Shown here: in pieces, positions 1 through 14,000 of the stretch
Layout: every line of letters begins with the position of its first letter
Position numbering within the stretch: position 1 is the stretch's first letter
Source of the DNA: Lytechinus pictus
Taxonomy: Eukaryota
Direction: 5' to 3'
Assembly: GCF_037042905.1 (NCBI RefSeq)
Contig: NC_087251.1
Coordinates: 5,334,001 to 5,398,000 of the forward strand
Length of the DNA: 64,000 nt
The notes under the pieces: generated by a model
What the model saw: only the letters and a program-made list of their open reading frames with translations
Database searches by the model: none
Told to the model about the DNA's origin: nothing
Translations under genes and position numbers: made by a program

Positions 1-811
1 CTGGCGAGGGAAGGGTGTGGGTAATGCATGGAAGTGTATTGATTTGACTGATTTCATTTGCCAATTGACTAAAAACATAATGAATTTATACATAAGAGAG
101 TAAAAACAGTAGGCTTGATCAGGAGAAGACTCGATGTCTCGAAAGCTAGTTATTGTTATGAGTCAATAATATAATCAAATAGGGCCTACAGCTGTTTTTT
201 ATATTGTATAAGATTGAATGCTATTAAAACACATAATAAAAAATAATCAATAATATTACTATTCATCTACTCTGAATCATTTGCCACATCGCACAACCCG
301 CACACACCCCCTCTCACCCACTTACACATAACCTACCATATGCAGGCGCGGTTCACCCCCCCCCAAAAAAAAAAAATCGTTCAAGCCCCCCCCCCCCGTC
401 CCCAGATCCTATTTGCGTATGTACATGTATGTATTGAATAATGCAGTAGGCCTATTCCATTTAAGGTACTTGACTTGACTTGGTACATCTTTGCTCCTGT
501 TTGGAAGTTCACACTTAAATGCTAAGAAGTTATAGAATCATATAGCAGCAGCACCAGTTTTGCTTGATAAGCTTCTTGACTAATTGTTGAGAGCGACACA
601 TCCGAAAATAAGATAAGAGATCGGAATTCATGACATGGCATAACAATAAATTTATTTGAAACTTCACCGACATGCTAATAGAAATTCAGCATTCGATATC
701 AATAAATACAAAATAAATGGTAAACATGGTAAAAGCAGATAAATGAAATATTATTAAAAGGTGACATTATGGTAGAACGAAAGAAACGTGGTTTTGACAT
801 GGATTATAATA

Positions 812-1570
812 CAGTGCGTCCCAGAAAAAAGGAAACCAAGATTCCGATGTTTTTTTTTTCTTCAAATGCAAATGATCGTTTAATGGTGAGCCGTGATTGA
901 CTGTCAAGGTAAACAATTTAGGCTTAGTACTAGCCGTAAATTGAAGGGAACAACTTTAATAACGCAAGGGTTCTTACGAACTCCTTCTAGCGTTTTAGTA
1001 AATCATGCGATTTTACTCCCATGAGTGCATTTTGAAAAGCTTCAATATGTCCGTTTTTAAGGCTATTTTACGATTTTGCGGTACTAAACACTTATTTAAA
1101 GGCAAATTAATTATGGTATTTCATTTACATAATCATATAATTCAATAATTCCTCCTTAATTTAATACATGATATGAAACGAACACTTTCACATTAATGAG
1201 CAAGACTAGTTTGAAATTTTATTGTCAAAATCAAGTTGCGCAGAAAATTTGGACATGATTGGTTCGTGATATTACGAACTGGCTGGCTCATTAGCATTTA
1301 TTTTATATTATTTGTCTAGATTCTCTCACTGATCCCTGAAATTAGAAAGGATTCAGATTCACACGTGGTTTTCTGCGCAAATCGTTTCTGATATGCCTTA
1401 ATATTTATTGTTCTAATCTGCCATGCGTGGATGATTTGCTAAGCTTTTGGTTTCAAATTAGAGATGAGATTCCACTCTTGCAATGAGCATCACATTTATA
1501 GTAAAAACATATTCAATAATTGTGAAATCTAACTCTGAAAACGAGTTTCCTTTTTTTGTGGGACGCACTG
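812..1570. mobile_element. Tc1/mariner-type MITE
   Basis: ~26-bp terminal inverted repeats (CAGTGCGTCCCAGAAAAAAGGAAAC / GTTTCCTTTTTTTGTGGGACGCACTG) flanked by TA on both sides; no coding capacity. Confidence 0.85.
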
Positions 1571-3398
1571 TATAGTAACATTGAGTCGCATGAACCATGT
1601 AAACGCAACTGAAAATATCTTATTTATAAACTATTGGTATACTGGTACATAAAACCACACATTGAGTCTCTAAACAACAATTTGCATGGAATACATGGCA
1701 AACAATATTGATCAATTCCAAGTTGATTATGAGAAGAAAAAACAATTAGTACCAGAGCTCCGTGCATGATCATAATCAGTTGTTAAACGCCATTAAGGAG
1801 GAGTGTACATATTCATGTCATTTATGTGTGTCTGTGGCCAATTTGCATGTTACTCCTTATATTTTGGAAATCTTTCCATCAGTATTTATGTATCGACAAT
1901 GATACATTATCCAACAGCCGATCAAAATTGTGTATCATAGCAACATCATGGCCTTGAATTATATTGTTTATATACATATTGACCATGTTGAGCCAAGTCA
2001 ATACTATACACTTGAAATTAATACTGAACTAAAACATGAAATATGAAAATGAAAACATTTATATATGACGCAATTGAACGATTTATTTTGACAGAAGTAA
2101 ACGAAGACTGTCACAAACTATGTTAATATTTATCATTATCATGAAGTATCCAAATATGCATAACACATTTCTGCTATAATGGTAGCCTTAATCGTATTTT
2201 TGCTGCACTCTGTTTTATTTATAAATGATAATGATACATATATTTTATTCGGATATATAACGGTCACAGAAGAAATTCAAATTGTAAACTGAAGCGACAG
2301 ACAGACTAAACAAAAATACTGCAAAGTGAAATGGTAGACACCATTGATATATTAAGCATATTCCATGCATTATAAAACTATATACAACTTTTGTTTTTCC
2401 AATGTACAATTTATACATTTTATACAAGTTATGTCTTATTTGCAAGTCATTGATACTTTTCAATAATATCCACATTGGATTTTTTCTTCTTGCGTCTAAC
2501 AGTATCACAAAACTTCCTGATAACATACAAAGTACATTGGTTAATACGAGGCAATGACTATTTATTCACCAACATGTATTTATACAATTAACCTGCTAGT
2601 TCAGACTCGGTGGTAACATAATTTTGGAAGTGAACATACGTATTTCTCTGTAGGTTAACGCAGATGTGTGTTTCATTCGGCCAGAAACGCCACTGACATC
2701 AAGGGGGGGGGGGGGGTCGTATTTTCAATTCCCCAATATCTCCATTGGTAAAAGTGTATATGCTGTAAAGATCGGTTTATTTTAATTTTTGTCAGGAAAA
2801 AAAACTGCGTTGGAATGAAATCAGAGTCGAACTGATTCCATACTGCTTTCATGAAAACGTATAAAATACCTTCAGTTTATGTTTACATACACTTTAATAT
2901 CAACGTCAAACCGTATGTGGAGCGGGGATCAGGAGAACTACCCCCCGGACAAACCCCCCGGACAACTACCCCCGGACAATTACCCCCGAGGACAATTGTC
3001 CCCCGGACAACTACCCCCCGGACAATTACCCCCGGACAACTACCCCCGGACAATTACCCCCCGGACAACTACCCCCGGACAATTACCCCCAGACAACTAC
3101 CCCCGGACAATTACTCCCCGGACAACTGCCCCCCGAGGACAATTACCCCCTGAACAATTACCCCCGAGGACCCCCCGGACAATTACCCCGAGGACAATTA
3201 CCCCCTGGACAATTACCCCCTGGACAATTACCCCCGAGGACAATTACCCCCCCCCCCCCAGAGGACGATAACCCCCTAGACAAAGGGAGTGCACAGAGTA
3301 CGTCGGCCGTACGTTTGACGTAAGAAGTACTCAAGGCATTCTCGAGTATCTTGGAATCAAACGAGCGCCGTAAGAAAGCTGTAAAAGTGAGCTCCATC

Positions 3399-5303
3399 CA
3401 TAGGCGGATCCAGGGCGGAGCAAAAAAAAAGGGGGAAAGAAAGAAAAAAGAAAAAGAAGGGGAAAGAAAGGAGGAAACAGAAGAGGTAAAATAAGAGGAG
3501 GGAGACGAGTGAAAAAAAAAGATCAGGTGAAGACTTGGAAAATGATTAAAAAATATATTTCATGTCACTATATTACATTTTTCGCTCGCGCTTCGCGCTC
3601 GCATAGCCTCTTCGATGAGATACATATCTTTCTAAATAGGCTGATATGTAGCTTAAAATATCAAGTTTTGAAGTCGATATACAAACCTTATTTCAGCTCG
3701 GACATTATTCATTATTTTGTTTGATTTACAAACTTATTTTTTAAGTGCTCTGTTTAATGTCCGTTTTATGGTGTGAATATAACTTGCAGCTTGCGCTATG
3801 CGCTCGCATTATTTAATTTGCCAAAATATATAACAAACTACTTAAAACCCCCCTTTTATGACAGTTTACCAAAATTTTCGTCTCACGATTTTCGCTCGCA
3901 TTTTTGTTAAAAGTATTTCAACTCACAAATCCTATTCATGATTACAAAAATGCTTAAAATATCCAGTTTTCAGGCCTCAGTGTCAGCACATTTCACTCAC
4001 TCATTAGGCTTATTACATTAATAAATATGATAATAAAATTTTCATGAATTCTTAATGACTAAATTGTCCCTTTTCAGAAAAGAATATCGACAATATCACA
4101 GTTTCATATGTTTCATATCGCGCTTAGGAAGAGGAATAAGAAAGTTGTTATCATTTTCATATGATGACAAAATGTCCTTAGACCTAGAATGTCCAGGTCC
4201 TAGGTCAAAATAATAATGAAGATATCAGCTCGCGCTTCACACTCGCATCATTTAATAAGTGCATTCCATTTCCACTTCACAATTTCCCTACACAATGCTT
4301 TAGATAGAGCTCAAATTCACCATTTTCATACCGGAATATCAAGTATTTCCGCTCGCGCTCGCATTATTGATTTTCGTGATGAAAATATCAGAATGCCCAG
4401 ATTCTGTCTAACTCTAAAACACGCGCACAACATTGAGATACGCAGATTCATCTTTATTCAAAACGTGCTAAAATTTCTAGTTTCAGATCAGATCGCGCTT
4501 TGCGCTCGCATAAATAATGTAGGAAGAAACCAAATTACCCATCCTTTTTCATGATTTACAAAACATGATTAGAGTGTCCCATTTTTAGATCTGAAATCTC
4601 AATTTTTTTCCGCTCGCGCTCGCATCAATTGTTTGGTTTTATCCCTATACCGTTAATGATTACAAAAAGTGCTAAGAATGTCATTTTTTTAGGTCAGAAT
4701 GTCAAAAGAAATTCAGTTCGCGCTTCGCGCTCGCATTATTTAATAACTGAAATATGTATCGTTTAAATGGCTAACTGCAAAACCTCCTTAACAGGTCCCT
4801 TTTCGATCAAGCCAGAAACCATATTAAAAATTTCTGCTCTCGCTTCGCGCTGGCAGTAATTATCTAGTTACATACGCATCTTGTTCAGGTTCACAAACAT
4901 TGCCCAGAATAGTCAATTTTTACGTTAAAATATATACATGCAATTCCAAAAATTTTCAGCTCGCGCTTCGCGCTCGCACTATCTAGATAGGGCTTATAAG
5001 ATAATTACACTTTTTATGTTGTTTTATAAGAAAAAAGCGTAAAAATGACTGTTAGAACATCGGCGTTTTGCCCCCCTTATTTTTCACGACCAAGAAAAAA
5101 AGAGAAAAGGAAAGGGATAAGGGTAAAATATAGGCCTATTATTTTCGAAAAAAGTTATGTCAAAATCTATCAAAAACTTTGATTTTTGTAATAAAAATGT
5201 TGAAATTTTGCTCGTTCGATTCGCTCGCTCGCATCTGGGTAAATATCTGTGAAAAAAAATTCGGGCCCCCCCCCCCTATTGGCAAGAGCTGGATCCGCCC
5301 CTG
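3399..5303 (+). mobile_element. Non-autonomous TIR element with internal GCGCTTCGCGC array (copy A), nested in the foldback element
   Basis: Termini CATAGGCGGATCCAG ... CTGGATCCGCCCCTG; collinear with 56511-58121. No clear TSD. Confidence 0.8.
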
Positions 5304-5669
5304 CTATCTGCAAATCTTTACGAAACCAAGAATTCGATCCTAATTTGTATGTCACCGTAGCATAAGATCATTCGTTTTGGCAATCTTCGCAGTGGCGTAG
5401 TATACGGGGGGTCAAGGGGCACGTGCCCCTCCCTGAGATTTGGTTTGCCCCCCCCCCTGAAAAAATTGACGGAGCAAAAAAAAGGGGGAGAAAGAAAGAA
5501 AGAAATGTTTACAAACCGTCCTTAAAATGCACCTTAAACGAATTGTATACTATCATGATTGCCAATTTGTATAGAAAAAACACTGTATTTGCTTATGTCA
5601 TATTGTTTACAATTTAGTAATTTTGGTACTTAATTTCCTTCTTTAATGTTTAATTGCTTTCACCCAAGA

Positions 5670-5750
5670 ATAATACACACAAAAACACCTTGTAATTTTA
5701 CCATCTAGGGCCTAAATGGTAAAATTACAAGGTGTTCTTGTGTGTATTAT
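5670..5750. repeat. 81-bp near-perfect palindrome
   Basis: Arms 5670-5709 and 5711-5750 are reverse complements at 38/40 positions, with a 1-nt centre. Confidence 0.92.
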
Positions 5751-6671
5751 CTTTGAATACATTTTTTAGCTTCCTGTATTAAGTTATAAAGCCACATCTT
5801 AATCTGGAATGTGCATCAATTGTTTCATAATTCTTAGCTTCTTGTTAGTTGAATTGTTTTAAAATAACAGGTTTATAGGTCCTACTTGACAGTGTTAGTG
5901 TTGATAGTTGCGTTATCGACTTTCAATATTTCTACCTATGAAGGTGTCTTTTTTACGTTTTATCTATTTGCCTGATTTCTTTCCTGAAATTAAACCCAAA
6001 ATAAATATTTAAAAAAATCAGATCAGTTGGAATCAGAGATATTCAGCAATTGTGATTATTATGACTAATCGTGTTCAATTGTTCTATGAAAACTTAGTAT
6101 GAGGGCCAGTTTACACATTTTTTTATGTATATAATTATGCATAGCCAAACGGGAGGTTTCGGGTGCGAGCCCCCCCCCCATTTTTCATGATGCAGAAGGC
6201 GCCGCTAAACAAACAAAAAAGGAAAAAAGAAGAAAGTGAGAGAACAGGAGAAAGAGCAATATAAAAGAGAAAGAAAAAGTTATTAACGTAAGATAAAGTA
6301 GAACATATTTCGAAAACCTGTGCCACCGACCAAAACTTACAATGGGTCCCGCTTAATTCTAACATTAATGCTGGAGAGAAGGGGGGATTTTCTGGGGGTA
6401 ATTGTCCAGGGGGTAATTGTCCTCGGGGGTAATTGTCCGGGGGGTTATTGTCCGGGGGGTAGTTGTCCGGGGGTAATTGTACAGGGGGTAACTGTCCGGG
6501 GTGTAATTGTCCGGGGGTGATTGTCCTCGGGGGGTAATTGTCCGGGGGTAGTTGTCCGGGGGGTAATTGTCCTCAGGGGGTAATTGTCCGGGGGTAGTTG
6601 TACAGGGGGTAACTGTCCGGGGAGTAATTGTCCGGGGGGTAATTGTCCTCGGGGGTAATTGACGTAGAACC

Positions 6672-6972
6672 TGTAGAGCGTTGTAGCCCATGCAGTAAAT
6701 TAGTCTTTTCACTTTGAAACAGAGGTCGTGGGTTCAAATTCTAGCCATGGCGTCATTTCCTTCAGCAAGGAATTCATCCACATTGTGCTGCACTCAACCC
6801 AGGTGAGATGAATGGGTACCTGTCAGGAATTTATTCCCTGAAATGCCACCGCGCTGTGAAAGGCTGCGGGGCTAAAGCCAGGGTAATAATATCCAAGTCC
6901 TTTGGAAGCGCATAGGGACGTTATGACAATGTGATATGCGCTATACAAGAACTGTGTTATTATTATTATTAT
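6672..6972 (+). mobile_element. tRNA-derived SINE
   Basis: B-box-like GGTTCAAATTC; central CACATTGTGCTGCACTCAACCCAGGTGAG..AATGGGTACC block shared with 44143-44348; (TAT)n tail. Confidence 0.75.
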
Positions 6973-9900
6973 TCATACATGTATTTCATGAATTTCACGA
7001 ATTTTTCAGATTATCTCATCTAAGATTAACATAAAAAAACTCAACTGTGATAATGACAATATTTACTTTTATTCATTCTTGTTCATGTATATACTGCTGA
7101 AAATGAATCTGAATCGGTTTGAATATTTATTCTGCTAGAAATATTGCTGCTATTTCATAAAGCTCTCAATGAAAGATTCTCTGACAAGTTTTTTTTAAAG
7201 CTAATGAAAAGACAGTATCTCCTTAGCTTATATAACCGTCGCTTGTAACTTGTAATTGATAACAAGATCATGCATGCCAGTGTATCGTTATTTGAAGCGT
7301 TGACACAGGACACCGTTATGCTTCGCTTTGATGTTACTTTAGGACTTATTAATTCATGATGCATTATCTTTATACACGTGTTTATTTCCGATAATCATGT
7401 CTTAAGATTCTTTCGTGAAATTCGGAGTAAGTAATAAATCTTCATGCATTTACATGCATATAAACTTGTCCACATGTAGTATCATTATCGATACAGATCA
7501 GAATGCAGGATCATTACACAATCAAACGGTAAGAACAAAATCTTATTAAGAAGTTATCAATAGATCTATTAATCATGACATGGAAATTCTAAACAACATT
7601 GGGAGGCAAAATTCGATGTATTTTGGTGAAATATTCAACATTCATGTATCTAGGTCATTGGAGTTAGTTACAAAACAAAAACATATAAGAGGTTATAACA
7701 TGTTAACATTGATATGTTCAGTCTATACATCTTTTTTTTAAACAACAAATACAAATTATGTAAACATTCTCCTTGCCCATTAATCAGCTGTAATTGAAAA
7801 GGAAATATTGAAAAGTTTAGTAAATATTGAACAAAATATAGATATGTCACGATATCATTACACGAATGCAAACATGGAATCGACAAATCACACACAGCTA
7901 TTTGTTTTTCAATTCAAATAATATTTGTATTAGATTAACTATATGAAGGATCTTGTCACACGTTTATTTAAAGTAAATCAATAGAGATTGTGTAATTTTG
8001 GTTCATTCCCCTATGTTTCATGGTTTAATCCGATCGGGATCAGTCTATCGCAAACCAATGGTATTGCAGGTGGACCGTGTGTACTGGGCTTTTGGATGCT
8101 CGTTTTCAATATTTGGAGTTGCGAAAAATAAAAATTCAGAGATTATTTTTAGAATCACAGCTAGACTGCAGGGCCCTATGCTAATTAGCAAATAAGCAAG
8201 ATTTATTCTAGCCCTCTAATGGCTGAATTCACATCCCTGCAAAATTTCGTGAATTATGAGACTTTCTTTCTCAAAGAATTTCACCACTTTATCTTCAAGT
8301 ATAAAAGTGAAATGAGTAAATGTTACGCTTTTATAATAGTCATTAGATTTGGATGAAATATTTGATAAATAAGCTCATTTCAGGCCTGAAAAGATGTCTC
8401 TAAAAAGATGTTTTCTTCTTCTGTTTCTCTTGCAAATTGAGCAAAACTTTTTATTTTGAGCCCAAATAATATCTATATCATCGTAAAGCTCATTCTTTGT
8501 ACTTTCTCACAATGTCACTCTTGATGTGTGGCACCTTGGAAATAGGTCAGGATCCAGATATTCCAATCAAGATACAAAACAAGATTTCTGAAATTTCTGA
8601 GTAACATGAAATCCAGAGCTCTGATTGGCTGGATAATGTTTCAAAAAATGCCCGGGTAATTTGAAGAGATTGCCACATGTTGAGTGTGACCTTGGACAGG
8701 CCACAGTGTGAAAACCGTTTGAATTTGGATGGGTGTCTGGTCTCATTGATCAATAAGAGTGCAGTATTCTTGCTTTCAAGCTGCAAAATGTACTTGGCCT
8801 ATTAATAGGTGGATTCTGACCCATTTACAACATCTCTTCTTATACAACATATTTCATATCAAAGCTTAGATCTTCAGCTTTATCATGATTAAAAAGTCAT
8901 TGGGGCTCAAACAGAAATAAAGTGTAAAAATAACTTTTGTTAGGTGAAAATAATTGTTTTGTAGCATCAAAAGTTTCACCAACATCACAAAATTTTTAAA
9001 TAAATTCAAACACATTACCTGAAAGAATTATTCTTCTTCTTTACAATGATACCAAACTCTAAAATTTTATATATTTAGAGCAGCTATGATAGAATTATTT
9101 GGTCCGCACCCAGCTCAATAAACATGCAAAACCTTTCTAGTCATGAATATCTCTGGGATAAATGAAGCTACTTTTTGAGGACCTGCCGACTGACTAATTT
9201 AACTAGCACGATTGTTGCACTCGTCTATGATTTGTGCAATATTTTGTGAACTTGGTGCATTGGACCTGATACTGTATAGCACTCAAAGGCAGTCAGAATA
9301 TTAGAATTTGTTTATCAACTAGATCGATTTGACGGGTTCAACCAATGACGGGAGATAGTAGTTGCTTTCTGCTGGCTTTATCTACCATTATTTCATTAGC
9401 TATTACAGACATTCATTTTGGTTGACTGATATCGAGTAGAAAATGTATGGGCCAATGAAAAGATATCTAAGGACTAACGTGTCATCCAACCTTCTTATTT
9501 TAGTCAATAATATATTTTCGAACGATATAAACAATATTTCGAATATGACAAAAACTAATTTTTGTGCGATTTCTTTTTTGTACTTGGCTCTTCGAATGAC
9601 TATATGCCGGAATAAGATTGCTATTCTCATCTGACAAAGCATTGACCTACATGTATATAATTACAATGAATAATGTAAAAAAAAATACATAAAAGTCTAT
9701 ATCACCAAACACTCCAAAAAGAGTTTTGGGCTAAAGGAGACACATTCCACCTCCAAACAAAGAAAATGTTTTCGCTGCGTCCTGCGCAAGTTCGTATGAA
9801 CAAAAGTAATTAACAAAGAGTTTACAATAAAAATGTTCTGCATAATCGCAAAACATGCAGTTTGTCAGTTTGACATATTCTTTTCTTTCTTTTTTCACGA

Positions 9901-10622
9901 TGAAATAGCCTCAAAAGAAAAAAAAATCAATGACGCATTTGGGAGGGAGTGATGGAGTGACATGCTGTGAAGGGGTTGTTTTATAACACCCCCACACGCA
10001 AATAATAATCAGATTGCATTTTGTGAACATTTGAGAGCAATGAAAATAAAAAGAATTCTCAAATTTTGATGAAAAAATTATATTATCTTTAAAAAATTCT
10101 CACTACGCGATATTTTTTTTCAGAAACTAGATTTTTTAAAGATGCAACAAAAACACCAAAGTGAATTCATTGACGTGATGATGATGTATCACGTCTTCAT
10201 CCCTACCCCTGCTTTAAGCGACATAACTAATTTAGGGGTGCCTTACACCACATATTAATTGGTTATTATACAATAGGGATGATCAAATAATTTTGGCTGG
10301 AGCACAAAGAAAATATGCTATCGATGGCTACAGTAGTGGATGGCTAGCCAGTCAAAGTGAAAAAGCGCCATCTACAATAATAAAACATCCAATTTCCATA
10401 AAACGCAATGAGCTCTCGCAATTGAATAGTTTGGGTAAGTTTTTTTTTTCGAATGAAGTCTCTACTCAGTCTTTCGACAAATACATATTTCATGATCCTT
10501 AATTCTGCAATCATGCAATGGACCTTCATCCTCAATCTATTGGCACGTTTACCGTCTGCTAAACTTGTATCGATCGACCCGCGTAGTCGTCATCATGCCA
10601 TCGTCGTCGTTATCCTATAGTT

Positions 10623-11025
10623 TCAGTCGTCCATGGTATTGTTTTTAACGAGGTTCGGCATAGCGATGAAGATGATCATGACATAGAGACATTCACCGAT
10701 GATGATCATTGCTACAAAGATACCCAATCCCTTGTCGAGAGCGAGGGCGAACTCCCTCCACAACATTGCATTCAGTTCCTTACTTTTACTGTCTCGTCGA
10801 TGGAAGCGTGATTTCATCTGTAGCTTGTGGTCGATGAGTTGGGGTTCATACAGCTGGCTGTTCTCGTTGTCGTGCATCTCCTCGCTACCGCTGTCGTTGC
10901 CGTGATTGTGACCATGGGTGTGACCATGGTTATGATGGTTATGACCGTGTGAATGAGAGTGAGTCTGCCGCATGACGAGGGGTCCTTTCCCATTTGGATT
11001 GTCCAAGTTTATTGAATTGTAAGAC
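10623..11025 (-). CDS. nAChR terminal coding exon (403 nt): His-rich loop, MA helix, M4, stop
   Basis: Acceptor atacacag|G is phase-compatible with the upstream exon. WREFALALDKGLGIFVAMIIIGECLYVMIIF matches the W..(A)..(L)D(R/K)+M4 pattern. TGA at 10625-10623. Confidence 0.92.
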
Positions 11026-14000
11026 CTGTGTATGTTAAACATGATAAATGAGAAAATAGTGGATTTTATTCAATATCACGAAAGTATCTTGATCAACTCA
11101 CAATGCCATCATTGTCTGCATTGATATCAAACAGGTTTATCCATTTCTAAAGTCGTATGTTCGCATATTGCAGTGCCGGGGAACAATTTCGAAAATGTTG
11201 GCTGAACATGCTTACAATGCCAAATTGGTGGTCATAATCATATGTACACCGTCTCTGAAAAAAGTGGGGACTAAATTCCTCTAGCCTATTAACTCATTCA
11301 GCGGCCCCTGCATTTTCCACGTAATTAATTTGACAGATAATATCAGAAGATGAGGAAATGTTATGGTGAAAAGATTTCTTTCTAGTTAATGCCATTAAAA
11401 AGAATTGAAGAAACTTCTCTTCAAAAATTGATAATTTAAATATAAGGGGAAATCTGATGCGATAGGATTATTAGAGGAATTACTCCCCAATCATGTCAAA
11501 TCTTACTTTGATTCCCTGGGTTGTTTTTCTGCGACTGTTACTACTTCCGGTAGACTATGTCTTTTCTTGCGCATGCGTTGTAATCGTTTTATGATGATAT
11601 ATCTTAGCCATGTAGGCATATGTCGTTCACCTCCGCTGTGGTAGATACGTAATACGATGACGGCACACACCACAGCTCCACATCCAAGTGCAATCATTAT
11701 GAAGAAAAATGTAACTGTAAAAAAAATAACAAATTTTAATTATTGATTCATGTCAATTATTTCTTTACGTGTGCAATTCAACCTAACGACATGACACATA
11801 ATAACAAAAATCCATTAGCCCTTTAAAAATCCATCTAAAGTCCTGTAGCATTATGTAATCATAAGGAAATAGAAAATTGTTGATATCTAGATACATAAAG
11901 TAAGAAGAAAGAGATTATTAATTGTGCAAAATGCACTCAACGTGTGATCGGTCTCGCAATGTGATCTGTCTTGCAATGATTAAAGGACAATTCCACTCCA
12001 ACAAAAGTTAATTTGAATAAAAAGAGAAAAATTGAACAAGCATAAAGCTGAAAATTTCATCAAAATCGAATGTAATATAAGAAAGTTATGATATTTTAGT
12101 GTTTCGCTTAATTTCACGAAACAGTTCTATTCACATCCTGGTCGGTATGCAAATGAAAAGACTGATGACGTCATCCACTCACTATTTGTTTTGTAGTTTA
12201 TTACATGAAATATGAAATATTCTAATTTCCCCTCCTTGCCAAGTGAAACAGCGATTAATTCCTCCCTGAACATGTGGAATTAGCATTGTTTATACTACTA
12301 TAGTCAAGTTAGTCCTTATTGTCAAATCTGTAAAAAATGAAATATTGTATAATTCAAACAATAAAAAACAAACGAAATAGTGAGTGAAGGACACCAGCAT
12401 CGTCTGTCTCATTTGCATGTCACTGAGTTGTGCATATCACTGTTTTGTGAAAATAAAAAAACTTTAAAATGTCATAGCTTACTTATTTTACATCCGATTT
12501 TGATGAAATTTCAGCATTAAGCTAGTTTGATTTTTCTCTATTTATTCAAATCAACATTTTTCTGGGATGGACTTGACCTTCAAGAGGGATGGGGTAGTGG
12601 AGGCAGTGGCGTAGCTATTTTTTTTTCTTGGGGGGGGGGGGCACTGGGGTCCTTGCTTTTTCGGGGGGGGGGAACATTTTTTTTTCTGTGTGTGTGTATG
12701 TGTCATAAGGGCGAATCCGACTTTCGCCAATAGGGGACGGGGCCTCAAATTATCTTCACCTATACTGTCCCCGATCAGTCACTTCTTAGCTTTATTCTTA
12801 TAAAACAACATAAATATGAAATAATCTCATAAGCCCTATAAACAAAAAAAAGTGCGAGCGCGAAGCGCGAGCGAATTTTTTTTAACTTTCATGTATTTTG
12901 TCCTGAAACAATATTCCGGGCAATGTAATTTGTGATCCTGAACAAGATGCGTATTTAACTAGATAATTACTGCGAGCGCGAGCAGATTTTTTTAATAACT
13001 GTTCTTGCATGATCGAAAAGGGACCTGTTAAGGACTTTTTTTTTTTTTTTGACGAAGCGCGAGCTAAAATTTTTTGACATTCCGACCTAAGAAATGTTCA
13101 TTCTAAGCACTTTTTGTAATCATAAATGGGATAGGTATGTAACTAAACAATTGATGCCAGCGCGAAGCGCGAGAGGAAGAAAATTGAGATTTTAGACTTA
13201 AAAGCGGGATACTTTATTCATATTTTGTAAATCATGAATAGGATATGGATAATTAGGTATCATTAATAATGCGATCGTGAAGCGTGAGCAGACAATTATT
13301 GATATTCTGATCTGAAACTGGATAATTCAAGCACATTTTAAATAAAGAACATGCAGGCTATCGCGCATGTTTTAGATTTCATTTAGACCTAGAATTTGGG
13401 CATTCTGAATGCATTTGTTTAATCATGAAGATCAATAATGCAAGCACGAACTGAAAACATTTGATATTCCGATTTGAAAAGGGTCAATTTAAACACTATT
13501 TTAAGCACTGTGTAGGAAAATTGTGAAATGGATGTGGATCACACTTAATGAATGATGCGAGCGCGAAGCGCGAGCTGATATTTTTGGTTATTATTTTAAC
13601 AAAGGACCGGTACATTTTAAGGAAATTTTGTCATCATATGAAAATGATGACTTATTTTTTACATATATTTATATAAAAAAATAAATTTTGTTCAAAAGTG
13701 GATTTAGCCCCTTTTGGAATCAAGCTCTTTCGAGATATTTTCGAACTCCTCACTTAACAAGGTAGCGATAAAACATGATATAATCATTGTGTGGCGGGAA
13801 TGGAGTATCAAACTCTAATCAAACTCAGTAGTCATTCACCGACTAGCCCATTACAGTTCGCCATTGGCGCCTTCTTGTACCGACATTCAATTAAATACCA
13901 AGCGACAGTGGTTCTTAAGTTACGACATAATGTGACCGTAACTGTATTGCCGTTGACAAGCCGCCTGATGTGGGTATTTTGATTTAATTAAAGACCATGC

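Larger units (their letters stand above)
2925..6671. mobile_element. Foldback-type Mutator (MULE/Phantom-like) non-autonomous element with nested insertions
   Basis: Inverted arrays of a ~15-16 bp unit (CCCCGGACAAYTACC) at ~2936-3278 and ~6392-6660; GG...CC termini; 9-bp flanking repeat TGTGGAGCG (2916-2924) / TGTAGAGCG (6672-6680). Confidence 0.75.

Noticed and set aside
2936..3278. CRISPR-like appearance of short repeats
   Set aside because: The units are contiguous with no unique spacers, the context is eukaryotic, and there are no cas genes.
2851..3397. Pro-rich ORFs (PPGQLPP / PRTITP repeats), mirrored at 6320-6712
   Set aside because: They are translations of the minisatellite arms of the foldback element, open in several frames on both strands.
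3585..4980. Regularly spaced GCGCTTCGCGC motif as a CRISPR-like repeat-spacer array
   Set aside because: The intervening sequences resemble one another (degenerate tandem units) and are shared between dispersed copies bounded by TIRs.
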